Assembly: GCA_032718475.1 (NCBI GenBank)
Contig: JAUCBJ010004830.1
Coordinates: forward strand, 26,310 to 90,309
Reading direction: 5' to 3'
DNA: 64,000 nucleotides
Origin: Nemertoderma westbladi
Lineage: Eukaryota; Animalia; Xenacoelomorpha
Positions 11,051 through 23,175 of the stretch are shown in pieces; the stretch's first letter is position 1; every line of letters begins with the position of its first letter. The notes beneath the pieces were generated by a model. That model had not been told where the DNA came from. It saw nothing but the letters and a program-made list of their open reading frames with translations, and did not search any database. Position numbers and translations under genes: made by a program.

Positions 11051-11670
11051 TATATCACACAGAGTTATTTCTTCGAGTTGTTTTCCTTTAAACTCACTCA
11101 TTCTCCCCTCTGAAATCAAAGCCATGAATTTTGAAACTTGGGAAACCTCAATTACATCACTGGAGTTGATATACCTTTTGATGCACATCCATGGAATGAC
11201 CCAAATGGCGACTGAGCCATTCTTTCTCATTTTCTTTCAGACTGACTAATTGACTTACAGTGGCACAATACTTCCTTATTATCTAAGCCTTCACAAAGAT
11301 AAAGAAGGAGTTGTCTAATAACAGGTTTGATTAATATTGGTAAGAAAGATAGGTTCAACACTGGGGACTCCTCTTGTATCTAAAAAGATATTTGTTCCGA
11401 TCGATTTCGAGATCTTGTCTCCTTATCAAGGACGATACAGTTACTTGAAGGAATTACATAAATGTTACATTACATACTGTATATCAAATTTAAGTTAATG
11501 TTCGTGTCGTTCTATTAAAACATTTGATTAATATTGGGACAGGTTGACATTGCTTGCCCCATATAGTGAGTGATAAGGGACATTATTTTAATGAGTTCCT
11601 TCTCTAGGGGTCCAATACAAAAATCACTTCTTCAGGAGTATTCTTTGAAGTATCGTGGTTCAAACCTTTC
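11050..11670 (-). pseudogene. Tyrosine recombinase catalytic C-terminal region (uncharacterised metazoan YR family)
   Basis: Hand translation across frameshifts: LEKELIKIMSLIT/IWGKQCQPVPILI..RRQDLEIDRNKYLF..IRKYCATVSQLVSLKENEKEWLSRHLGHSMDVHQKVYQL/..VSKFMALISEGRMSEFKGKQLEEI. This shows the RKxxAT, LGH and catalytic Y arrangement. Confidence 0.7.
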
Positions 11671-11674
11671 TGGT

Positions 11675-13630
11675 GTTTTTGGTGTTGTTGTTGAAGATGG
11701 AAACATCCGTACTGATCCAAAGAAAGTTCAGGCGATTTACAATTATGTACGCCCAACTACCCCTAAAGAGGTTATGAGCTTCACTGGAATGTGCTCTTTT
11801 TACTCCCGTTTCATTCCTGGATATGCTTCTATTGCTAGTCCTTTATATGCAGCACAAAATCAGCCAGTAGCAAAGTTTGTATGGTCAGAAGAATGTGAAC
11901 AGGCATTCCAGGAATTGAAAAACTGTTTATTGAATGATCCGGTTCTATGTCTCCCTGATTTTACAAAACCATTTCGGTTGGAAACAGATGCATCTTCAAT
12001 TGGAATAGGGGTGTATTCGCAGGAGTTCGAAGGAAATTGGCACCCAGTGGCATTTGCTAGTCATAAATTCACTCCAACACAGAGGCATTATTCAACGACT
12101 GGCAGGGAATTTCTTGCGCTGCATTGGGCAATTCTTAAATTCCATCCATATCTGTATGGTCGTGAGTTTCAAGTATTTACAGACCATACACCTTTGTTAA
12201 GTATGGTTCGAGGTCGGACACACAATGATAGACAGGCTCGATGGCGTGATAAACTGGCTAGCTATCGATTTGAAATTATTCATAGCCTTGGTTGTGAAAA
12301 TGTAATTGCTGATGCATTAAGTCGGTCAGTAATAGATTCAACCCTCAATCCTGAGGCACCAGAGTTCATGTCATCTTATGGGTGTTATGCTACTGTAGCA
12401 GGAATACAGGATGCAAACTGGGAAGAGCGTCAGTCGAAGGATCCTGCATTAATGGAACTTCTAAACAAAGAATTGCCTACAAATTATTCTATTGTTGGAG
12501 GCATTATTCGTTATTATAACCGTGTTGTGATTCCAGCTCATGAAGTTTTGGATGTTTTGACATAGTATCATGAAGCTGGGCATTTTGGGGTTTGTTTGAG
12601 GACATGTTTGGGAGATGTTTGAGCATTTTACAATCTGGTTTGTGGTGTCATGATATGCGAAAACATATCCAATCCATTATAAATAGATGTCGTGTATGTG
12701 CTTCCCAGAAAGGTTATAAGCAATTTCATCCACGAACAGAAACATTGCCGACGGCACGTGCAGTCTCGCCCTTTGAATTTGTTGCAATCGATTTGGTTGG
12801 CCCATTGCCTGTACAGCGCTCAGGATATAGTTGGGTGTTAACTATAATTGACCATGCTACACGATATCTTGTGGCTGTACAGTGTACCTCTTATTAAAAC
12901 AGACTCTGCTACTGTTGGGGCGGCATTTTTAGACAACTGGGTTTATAAATTTGGGCCACCTCGTGTATTGCTATCTGATAAAGGTCAAAACTTCATTGGT
13001 CAGGTGTTTAAGCAGATAATAGATAAAGCTGGTATTGCTCCAAAGCATACAACAGCTTATCATCCGCAAGGCAATGCCATTTGTGAACGGGTCCATCGAA
13101 CTTTGAACGACCGTCTAGGATGTATGTCTGGTCCCTGGTATGATAATTTGAATAAAGCAGTATACGAACTTAATCGAGTTGTACATGACGCTACATGAAC
13201 ATCACCATTGCAGCAAGTTACAGGAGTAATATGTAATCCACCAGTTACTGATTGGCCAGAGCCTTGGACAGAAATGGGGTGTCCAAGGGTGGGCGATATG
13301 GTATTGGTATGGGCACGAGGTGCAGTAAAAAAGTTAAACTCTCAGTGGCATAAACCTGAAATGGTTAGTGAAAGGCCATTTCCAAATGTGGTTATTCTAC
13401 AAGATGGTCGATCTGTTCATTTACAGGATGTAAAACTTGTTCATAGTGGTTTCGTTTGAGGGGGAAGTGTGTGAGGTGTGTCTTTGTGAGGTTTTGGTGT
13501 TGGGTTTTGTACCGGTGGCTGTTATCTTTGTATATTGATTAGGCCTATCTGCTAGTGCCGTTTATTAGTGTATTATCTATATGTAGTATGAAGTATAGTA
13601 CCAGTATATAAATATCAGATGTTATAACAT
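11675..13630 (+). mobile_element. Gypsy/Ty3 LTR retrotransposon 3' half (RT end, RNase H, integrase, PPT, start of 3' LTR)
   Basis: DPKKV, SFTGMCSFYSRFIPGY, LETDASS, YSTTGREFLA, FTDH, NVIADALSR, IDLVGP, SDKG and TTAYHPQGNAICER. Polypurine tract GAGGGGGAAG at 13458-13467 directly before TGT at 13468. Stops and frameshifts present; LTR right end uncertain. Confidence 0.9.
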
Positions 13631-13779
13631 CTTAATATTATATATCTGAGATAGACGGTTTTGGCATACAAATGTCTATGAAAACATAAAAGCAAATACG
13701 CTATATCTCACATTACACTATGTAGATAGGAGTTTCAGTTAAAAATATGCCATTCAAAGAATTATATGACTATAACTTA

Positions 13780-16700
13780 CCTAATGACATCATTTCACAG
13801 GATTTCCACCAATCAGGAATCAAATATGACAGGCCTGGAATGAGAATATGACAGGGCTGGAAAAGCTTCTGCCACTTAGCAATATCTCTAACAACCTCAG
13901 GAATCCCAGAAGCCGCATATAATCTGGCAACTTCTTGATAACAACTAGTTGGCCCTGAGTGAAAGTGTGAGCGCTGGCCAGCACGTTGTAAGTGAGACGC
14001 ATCACTGCTCCAACAGCCACAAACAGCTTCCTCGCTTCCCTCACCTCCTTATCGAGTTGGTCGGAGACCCAGTCAGTGGCTGGCTCCCAGTTGCCGAGGT
14101 GGTTTTCAAATTCATCAACAGCAGTGTAGGTGGCAGATTGAAGGCGCTGCCTCTGTGGACAAACTTGTTCGATGTAAGCTGCAGTCGTGGCTTCCTCTGC
14201 TTTCTTCTTCCCGACAATTCGAGTGGCGTTGAGGGGAGTGTCCTCCCAGGAGTCCACAAAGTTGCAGGATTCGCTGAGGATGTTGATGGCCTGATCGATA
14301 TCACCCTCAGTGGGAGTGTGTAGGATGACTCTGAGAAGATCGAGGAGAGCCTGGAACCGAAGGTCACCTGCTGAGTGGACATAGTGGGCGAGTTTTGCTA
14401 CCTTGAAGATGGTGAGGAATTGTGGAGACAGCCAGACTTGCTGATATTGTTGGCAGTTGTAAATGATCACCCGAACATAAAATGAGTTTGCCACCGTAGG
14501 GAAGTTTAGTACCGGTGACTTTCTTACAAATCATGTCGAGCAATGCTAATTGTTCGGCACAAAAGAGACCAATCTCATCTATAAAAATAACTTCGAGTCT
14601 ATTCAAGACAGACAACCTTGTTGGACTTGAGGCTAAATTAAAGAGGCACTTTTCAGACATTGGTTGTGCCTGTATTTTATTTCTGTCTCCACGCATGGCT
14701 ATGAGTTTGTGGTAATGGACACCACCGAGCTCTGAGGCTTTATTTCCTGTTATGGCAGTCATTGTAATTTTTAAATTTTTAGATAATGCATAGGCTACAG
14801 CATTTAGCATTACCCAGGTCTTACCTGTTCCTGGGGCCCCACAGATTAAAATGGGTTTTACAAATTTGGTGTTGTGTTCGTAATATGAATCAATTGACTC
14901 ACAGCAAAGTTTAAGACTTTGTTGCTGTTCTTGAATAGAATCGAGAGATTGGTCTCTTGTTTGGGTGATTTGAGGCCGCCAGTTCGATGAGTGGTCCATT
15001 ACTTCAGGATCATAATTTAAGGGTAATGGCACCTTTTTCTCTTTTAATGCATCAGTAATATTTTTCCGAAACGTTTTTTCAATAACCTGTACTTCCCGTG
15101 AAATTTTCTCTCGGAATAAATTTTCTTGAGCCAAAGGTAGACTGGAATAATTTAATTCCTCACCACGTAAAAGAGATGTCAAAACGTTGTCGGCTGTCTC
15201 CAACATTCTTTCAAACTGGCGTGTACTAATGGGGTAGTGGGCCAGTTGGTCTACAAGGTAGTGGCGGCGAAGGTTTCTGATGTCATCCTCGGTGACATTG
15301 GCTGCGTCAGGAATAAGACCACAGCGCTGAAAAGCAACTAATAAATTTGGTGCCGAATATAGGTAAGTTCCGTTTGAAACTTACCCATAGTCAGCATCAA
15401 ATGGATTAGGAACTTTTCAGGCTGGAACGGGGTTATATTGGAAAGGACAACAACAATCGGTGTGGTGGAGGTTTCATCGACGAAAAAGTTGATGGTCTCG
15501 TCGTTTCCGTCCATGATCGGTTGGAAAATGTCCCGCATTAAGTCCGACGCTAGAGGGACACCTAAGTTTACTTGGTCTTTAAGATATTGGTGGGCGATCT
15601 GAATATCTGACTTTCAAAGTAGGATACGTTTGCCGAGCCCATCAACCCATATAGAGTCAGCCAAAATATAATCCAACTCATAATTTGAAGAAATATAAAC
15701 TTCTATGAAACATTTGTTATAAATTTCTAAGTTATCAAAGGGTTAGTTCGGGGGGCCTTAAATTAAATTTTTTAATGCGATCTGGGTGATATGTACTATT
15801 GAAGAAATCATTTAGTAATATTTCTTGGGATGGGGTGAATTTTCGGAGAGGGGCTAAATTTTCACTTTTAGTAATTGAAACCAGTGATTGGTTTTCATCA
15901 ACCAGTTTCTTTATCTTCTGCCAAGGAAATTCGTTGACTACAGCAGGTCTATTTTCAGGGGCTAAGGTAGTGATGTGGGTGAAGTCAACATTTGTATTGA
16001 AATATTCGAAATCCAAGCTATGCCATATTGTTTCATAAACACTGATGTTACGTGTCATGTACCCCTTATTTTTTTTATCCCTTTTTTGTTCTGCCACCCG
16101 CGCTCCTGTAATTTTTTCATTGACCTGCCCCCTCGCTTCCCCCTCAAACACCCCCGGTTCCTTTGTTTCCTTAACAATATGTTTTTTATGTTCTTCTTTC
16201 CCGGCAGCGTATTTTAATAAATACGATTTCTGGAATCGCGAATTAACTACTTGCACATTGCAAGCAGCTCGCATAATAACAAACAAACGTGGTACCGTCG
16301 GTGTGAAAAACTCAGAGCCCATTGCTGGGTAAGTGTGTATTCCAGCAATAAACATTGGGTTCAACCAGGGGTCTGTCACATCTTCATTCCTGTATCCTGC
16401 CAATCCAAGATCTACTAATTTATTGAAAGTTTTTTCTGTATATAAGTTTTCGTGTTCTATAAAACCATATTCCCCAGAATCTGGATATTTTTTGTATCTA
16501 CAAATAAACTTCCCTTCACTGTCAGTTCGTTTTTCGCAACGCCCCCCCCCCCCCCGCTTTTTTGCAATCGTGAGTCTGAAAAAGTTGAAATTTATTTAAA
16601 AACTCCCCATAATCATTAAAATCCCTAATGAGCCCATCCCTTAATAGCGTTGCGTAATCTGTATTAAAATCTTCATGGAACAAACTCTTGGATTGGCAGC

Positions 16701-17330
16701 AAACACGTTTCTGATGATCTAGAGTGGTTTCACCCGGATGTAAGGAAAGTCCCATATGAACATGGGGTTTGTTACCTAGAGCACTTTGGCTTTGGAATTC
16801 ATACCTCCACCATATCCTTTTAATTTTGCCCATTGGCTTTTGCGGACTGTATTGGATCCAGTCTACAACATGGCTTACAGTCCAATGCCAAACCTGGGCG
16901 AGACGCACACCGAACTTTCGAGTTTCTCTTGGAAAAACTCGGTATGGCCGTACACTTCTTTAATTCTATTATAAAGAGGGGCGACGCCTGGTGTTTCTGA
17001 ATCATTACAAGTGAATGTAACAAAGTAATCCCAGGGCGCCTCCCTCGTCAGGGCTGCGAGTTCCTTTAATTTTCTACGAGAATCTGCGTCGTCAAAATTT
17101 ATCTTACTTTCTTGCAACTTAAACTCAGCAGTTCTCTTGGTTAGAAACTCAAGCCCTTTAGTAAGAGCTAAAACTGCTGAGTTAGAGTTTAACTGCGGGT
17201 TAAGTAGAACATAAAAAACAAACCCTACATAAGGCAGACACCTAGAGGTATGCAAAGACCCATCCCTTAACCTTATACCTAAATGGTCCTCTAGGGTCTT
17301 CCAACAACATCCAACGGAAATTTCAAACAC
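13780..17330 (-). pseudogene. Non-canonical Helitron-like HUH Rep + PIF1 (SF1B) helicase gene, frameshifted
   Basis: Rep motif 1 YFVTFTCN, motif 2 RYEFQ..GNKPHVH, motif 3 YLLKYAAG. Helicase motifs GAPGTGKT, IFIDEIG, PYGGKLILCSGDHLQLP, GAVMRLTYN and FTQGQL. ORF pieces 16875, 16522, 15735, 15338, 14364 and 13820 are collinear. Confidence 0.85.
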
Positions 17331-17371
17331 TTTCAGACGAAGAGAGTACTATAGCATTAAAGGAGTATTAT

Positions 17372-17700
17372 ATGAGTAGTGACTGCGATGATGACAATAA
17401 TGATAAGGAAATACTTCAGGAGTATTTCAACGAAAGGAATTTTGATGAAGATGTTTTTAACGTATTAATGGACAACATGAGTCCTGCCATGGATAATGTA
17501 AATACAGATAAAACTGATTATAACAAGGATAAGAATAACTATATTGAAATTGAAGATGTCCTAAATACAGGGCGGGCAGTAAAGACCCAGTATTGTATAT
17601 ATTGTTCGGTGGAACAATCTAATTTAATTCACCAATTAAAGTTAAAACATTCAAATGAGCTGGATATCTAGGAGTTAGAAAGACTAGGTAGTTAGTTGCA
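17372..17700 (+). pseudogene. Acidic tract plus C2H2-like zinc finger, probable N-terminus of the YR-family protein
   Basis: KTQYCIYC..SNLIHQLKLKHSNELDI resembles the CxxC..LxRHLxxxHxxE motif I recall from the N-terminus of that recombinase family. Confidence 0.4.
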
Positions 17701-17891
17701 TTGTTTTTACAAAAAAAGGACAGATTGGAGTATAGAGGAACATCGGTTTGTACCGGTACCTAAGAATGTAGCAGCTAGGCCTAGTGACACTCTGACATGC
17801 CTACCTTCAGACTTTACGACCCTCAAACTATAAACTAACTTAATTAAATAACAATTCGCATTACTCCAGGAATCTCACGAAGTTCCGAATT

Positions 17892-18830
17892 ATGGCCCCA
17901 CCTACCACTACTGGGGCTGGAAAAAAAACGACGGATTCTCCCGAACTTGCGGCACAAATGTCCACAGGCTTCCGAGAATTGTCTCTAAAGATAGACCACT
18001 TCCAGAATGAAAATAAACTTCTACACGATAAATCGAATACAATCCTCTCTCGTATCATTAACCGAGTGAATGATGCTAATGAAATTCAATTTAAACACAG
18101 CAGTATTATGACAACCATGTTTCTTAACTCAGATCAGTTGGAACAATACAGACGGCGGCACAATGTCCTAATCCACGGAATTCCAGATAACAGTACCGAA
18201 ACCGCCAACCACACACTAAATAAAATCATTCCCACTCTAGAACTTCTCAAACTCAACATCGATTCTGTGGATATTTGTCATCGAATTGGATGTCACGACT
18301 CGACGAACACGCTTTCGGATGGCCGGGTGAAAAGCCGACCAATTATTGTTCGATTCGGTGGTCACCGGGAGCGCGAGAAGGTATTTACAAACACTAAAGA
18401 TCTCCCAGAGGAGATTTATATAACCGACCATTTGACACCATTCAGGTCTAACCTCCTGCAATACATAAAGATTTTAAAATTTAAGAAACTGATCGCCGCC
18501 ACTGCAGTACATCGTGGCCAGATAATGGCCAAAATCTCCGCCTCCGATCGGTTTATAACTATCCGTCACTACGAGGACGTCCGGTTCAAACTGCTCAAAG
18601 GAAAGCGAGAATCGGAGAAGGTCCCCTCGACGGCAAGTATAATGGAGAAAGATATCGACCGCTATAATCTCCCAACTACGTGTGACGCTCTCGACTGGGG
18701 ACACGAGTACAACAATGTAGAAAACGACTGGAACCACGTTCCCGATAGAGCCCCTGGACGATCAGGTTTGCGTTCGGCCTCGGCCACCCCAGCCGGTAGC
18801 TATTACTCCCCCCTCGAACTTGGAGAATAA
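17892..18830 (+). CDS. LINE ORF1 protein (coiled coil + RRM + CTD), intact 312 aa
   Basis: LEQYRRRHNVLIHGIP, DICHRIG, RPIIVRF, IYITDHLT. Confidence 0.85.
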   Translation: MAPPTTTGAGKKTTDSPELAAQMSTGFRELSLKIDHFQNENKLLHDKSNTILSRIINRVNDANEIQFKHSSIMTTMFLNSDQLEQYRRRHNVLIHGIPDNSTETANHTLNKIIPTLELLKLNIDSVDICHRIGCHDSTNTLSDGRVKSRPIIVRFGGHREREKVFTNTKDLPEEIYITDHLTPFRSNLLQYIKILKFKKLIAATAVHRGQIMAKISASDRFITIRHYEDVRFKLLKGKRESEKVPSTASIMEKDIDRYNLPTTCDALDWGHEYNNVENDWNHVPDRAPGRSGLRSASATPAGSYYSPLELGE

Positions 18831-18873
18831 TCGTATTTCAAATAAGTTAAAATCGTTCTAAATCTAAATTTAC

Positions 18874-19630
18874 TTATCGTACAATGCAAGAGACTTCCTA
18901 TATTAATTAAGGTTATTTTTTATATAGAATTATCGTACAATGCAAGAGACTTCCTATATTAATTAAGGTTATTTTTTAAATAGAATTATCGTACAATGTA
19001 AGAGACTTCCTATATTAATTAAGGTTATTTTTTATATAGAATTATCGTACAACATAAGAGACTTCCTATATTAATTAAGAATTATCGTACAATGTAAGAG
19101 ACTTCCTATATTAATTAAGGTTATATTTTATATAGAATTATCGTACAATGTAAGAGACTTCCTATATTAATTAAGAATTATCGTACAATGTAAGAGACTT
19201 CCTATATTAATTAAGAATTATCGTACAATGTAAGAGACTTCCTATATTAATTAAGGTTATTTTTTATATAGAATTATCGTACAATGCAAGAGACTTCCTA
19301 TATTAATTAAGAATTATCGTACAATGTAAGAGACTTCCTATATTAATTAAGGTTATTTTTTATATAGAATTATCGTACAATGTAAGAGACTTCCTATATT
19401 AATTAAGGTTATTTTTTATTTAGAATTATCGTACAATGTAAGAGACTTCCTATATTAATTAAGGTTATTTTTTATATAGAAATATCGTATAATGTAAGAG
19501 ACTTCCTATATTAATTAAGAATTATCGTACAATGTGAGAGACTTCCTATATTAATTAAGGTTATTTTTTATATAGAATTATCGTACAATGAAAGAGACTA
19601 CATAATTATTAAGTTTAATTTTATTTAGAA
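18874..19630. repeat. Minisatellite of mixed 56-bp and 40-bp units, about 15 copies
   Basis: Core TTATCGTACAATGTAAGAGACTTCCTATATTAATTAAG with or without a fixed 16-bp segment. Confidence 0.95.
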
Positions 19631-20380
19631 TTATCGTGCAACCATATAGATAATTCTACAAAATACACTAATATCCACCGTTTATTACAAATGTCTTGTT
19701 ACATCGTAAATTTATATATTGATAAGTTCTCCTTATTGGCTTGATAAGGGTCTACGCTAAACTAAATACATATATTTTTAAGTTTTCCCCAAGCTGGCAA
19801 ACGTCAGTATGTACACTGGTCTGTATTCAATTCTTTTGTGCTCCATTGATAGCCGCTGTAGTTTTAATTACTCACTCTAAGTAAGAACACAACCTCAACC
19901 CCACCCCCCCCCCCCCCCACCCCTTTTTTAACCTACCCTCCTAATATTCTACACTCATTCTCTAGCACTCTCCCTACACTAACCCTTCTAATACTATGAA
20001 TGACAGTAACTGCGATCTTTGTTTCTCAAAATTCATAATATCTGACCTAAAACTAAAATGCGAATTTGCGATTTAACTTACCACTTTCAATGTGGATCCT
20101 GTCTTACTCAGCAGGAGGCAAATCAATTTATAAATACATCCCATCCAAATAACATATGGTGCATTTATTGCTACATAAAATTATTTCCATTTGCAAGCTT
20201 CAGTGATGACGATGATGATATCTTTGACTGTGAGTCTGCTAATCATAATATTGACTTTGACAATGATTTAACTAATCCCGCATTTAATGATATCGATCCA
20301 GACATTCATTTAATTAATATATATATATATATTAATACGTATATATCTCTAGAATCTAAACCTTTTGAGAACCCGGGCGC

Positions 20381-21886
20381 ACCCGGGCACGTTGTCTCGC
20401 TCACTCATTGTGGGCCTTCATTAAATCTACCCGGGCGCGGGGTCACGCTCACTCCCTGTGGGCCTTTATTAAATCTACCCGGGCGCGGGGTCACGCTCAC
20501 TCTTAGTGGGCCTTTATTAAATCTACCCAGGCACGGGGTCACGCTCACTCTTAGTGGGCCTTTATTAAATCTACCCGGGCGCGGGGTCAAGCTTACTCTT
20601 AGTGGGCCTTTATTAAATCTACCCGGGCGCGGGGTCACGCTCACTCTTAGTGGGCCATTATTAAAACTACCCGGGCGCGGGGTCATGCTCACTCTTAGTG
20701 GGCCTTTATTAAATCTACCCTGGCACGGGGTCACGCTCACTCTTAGTGGGCCTTTATTAAATCTACCCGGGCGCGGGGTCATGCACACTCTTAGTGGGCC
20801 TTTATTAAATCTACCCGGGCGCGGGGTCAACTCACTCTTAGTGGGCCTTTATTAAAACTACCCGGGCGCGGGGTCATGCTCACTCTTAGTGGGCCTTTAT
20901 TAAATCTACCCGGGCGCGGGGTCACGCTCACTCTCAGTGGGCCTTTATTAAATTTACCCGGGCGCGGGGTCACGCTCACTCTTAGTGGGCCTTTATTAAA
21001 TCTACCCGGGCGCGGGGTCACGCTCACTCTTAGTGGGCCTTTATTAAATCTAACCAGGCGCGGGGTCACGCACACTCTCTGTGGGCCTTTATTAAATCTA
21101 CCCGGGCGCGGGGTCATGCTCACTCTTAGTGGGCCTTTATTAAATCTACCCGGGCGCGGGGTCACGCTCACTCTCAGTGGGCCTTTATTAAATTTACCTG
21201 GGCGCGGGGTCACGCTTACTCTTAGTGGGCCTTTATTAAATCTACCCGGGCGCGGGGTCACGCTCACTCTTAGTGGGCCTTTATTAAATCTACCCGGGCG
21301 CGGGGTCACGCACACTCTCTGTGGGCCTTTATTAAATCTACCCGGGCGCGGGGTCACGCTCACTCTTAGTGGGCCTTTATTAAATCTACCCAGGCGCGGG
21401 GTCACGCTCACTCTCGGTGGGCCTTTATTAAATTTACCCGGGCGCGGGGTCACGCTCACTCTTAGTGGGCCTTTATTAAATCTACCCGGGCGCGGGGTCA
21501 CGCTCACTCTTAGTGGGCCTTTATTAAATCTACCCGGGCGCGGGGTCACGCTCACTCTCAGTGGGCCTTTATTAAATCTACCCGGGCGCGGGGTCATGCT
21601 CACTCTTAGTGGGCCTTTATTAAATCTACCCGGGCGCGGGGTCACGCTCACTCTCAGTGGGCCTTTATTAAATTTACCTGGGCGCGGGGTCACGCTCACT
21701 CTTAGTGGGCCTTTATTAAATCTACCCGGGCACGGGGTCACGCTCACTCTTAGTGGGCCTTTATTAAATCTACCCGGGCGCGGGCTCACACTCACTCTTA
21801 GTGGGCCTTTATTAAATCTACCTGGGCGCGGGGTCACGCTCACTCTTAGTGGGCCTTTATTAAAACTACCCCTGGTGCGGGGTCAC
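20381..21886. repeat. 48-bp minisatellite, about 31 copies
   Basis: Unit CCCGGGCGCGGGGTCACGCTCACTCTTAGTGGGCCTTTATTAAATCTA; explains ORFs 20405, 20827 and 20876. Confidence 0.97.
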
Positions 21887-22987
21887 AATTCGAAGCAGTC
21901 ATCATCAACATCACTGACTAGTCAAATGTCTAGTAAGGTATTATCCCTATTACATATTATATAACGTGTGTGGTTTTGGTTAATGTTATTATGCGTTATA
22001 AGGGTGAGATGGTAGGTTGGTTGATTGGTTCTCATCGTTATAACTACAGATAAAACTAATAATTTTTTGTTAATTGTTTTTGTTTTGTTTTTTTGTTTGT
22101 TTGTTTTTTTGTAACAACAGTACATATTTATCTAGTACCTACCTTCTGTAGTACCAGTATGGCGTCTCTGATGTGGTGGTTATATACGTTGCATTGAATT
22201 CTATAGTTTTATTTATGAATGGGAGAATCTTTTAGGCTCGTTAAGCCAAGGAATGCCTGTTCACAAACCATTCTTCCACAGTAGACCCTTCCACTCTGTT
22301 TTATTAGTAGTTTTATTAGTTATTTTATTAGTTATATTTAATAGTTTTATTTATAACATATTTATAACATATACATATACATATTTATAACAAATAATAA
22401 ATTTGCAGCACCACCCAGCGGATGATATTTATTTTCACAAGATTCCGTCTGATAGATATGTTGCCCCAGCCTTGCTCTATGTTATAAAAAAATCTTTCAT
22501 GTGATTAGATACAAAATTGTAAAAGCCTTAGGGTTTCAAATGCAACCAAGTTTTTATCATTGTTAACTAGTATAAACTAATTTTAACTAACGAAAAATAT
22601 AATTTTTCTGATCAGTCAAGTAGAATAGCTTCTCAGGTACATTATAGTCAACTGGGATTGACAAAATCGTACAGTTGTCCAAATACCGTATGGGAAGGAG
22701 ATGTCACTGATCTTTTTTGTTATTGTCGGACATGTGGCAGACGCCAAGGACGATGTTGCCCCCTTATCAGGGAAAGATGTAGTAGCAATACGTACACATT
22801 CCACATTCCAGCCGCTGGTGTATTCCTCCAATTATAGTAATTCCACTAATTCCTGACCCCACATTGGTTACAGTTTGAGTAACTACACTTTTACTACACT
22901 TAGTAACTGAGTTTGAGTTAGACTAAATAAAAACAGTGGACAAAAAATTAATTCGCAGTACACATAAATGTAATACTAAATTTAATT

Positions 22988-23175
22988 TTACTTTATTATT
23001 TGTGGACAATCAATGGTTATATGAGGTCGAACAGTTTGAGTGAGTGTGAGTGAGTTCGAATAGCGTTTCTTTGGGACAACTGGACTAACACCAATATAGT
23101 TAGATGCGTCATAAACTGGCTTATTGTCATTCCAGACTACGACCACAACAGTCCCATCACTGACATACTCCATCC
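22988..23175 (-). pseudogene. piggyBac transposase fragment
   Basis: VVVVWNDNKPVYDASNYIG..P..KRYS..ITIDCPQIIK, the segment that precedes YNxxMGGVD in piggyBac transposases. Confidence 0.7.

Larger units (their letters stand above)
17748..20330 (+). mobile_element. CR1/L2-group LINE 5' part (5' UTR, ORF1, spacer, PHD start of ORF2)
   Basis: ORF1, then from ATG 19996 a frameshifted PHD finger (CDLC..C..CDLTYHFQC..WCIYC..LFPF) and DIDPD; truncated by the 48-bp satellite. Confidence 0.8.

Noticed and set aside
11570-11675. N-terminus of the 331-aa Gypsy ORF
   Set aside because: It is the antisense of the recombinase relic; Gypsy similarity starts near 11675.
18874-19630. CRISPR-like look (constant repeat with variable spacing)
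   Set aside because: The intervening segment is the same 16 bp or absent; there are no unique spacers or cas genes, and the context is eukaryotic.
20827-21964. 338-aa and 362-aa ORFs
   Set aside because: Artefacts of a stop-free 48-bp satellite.
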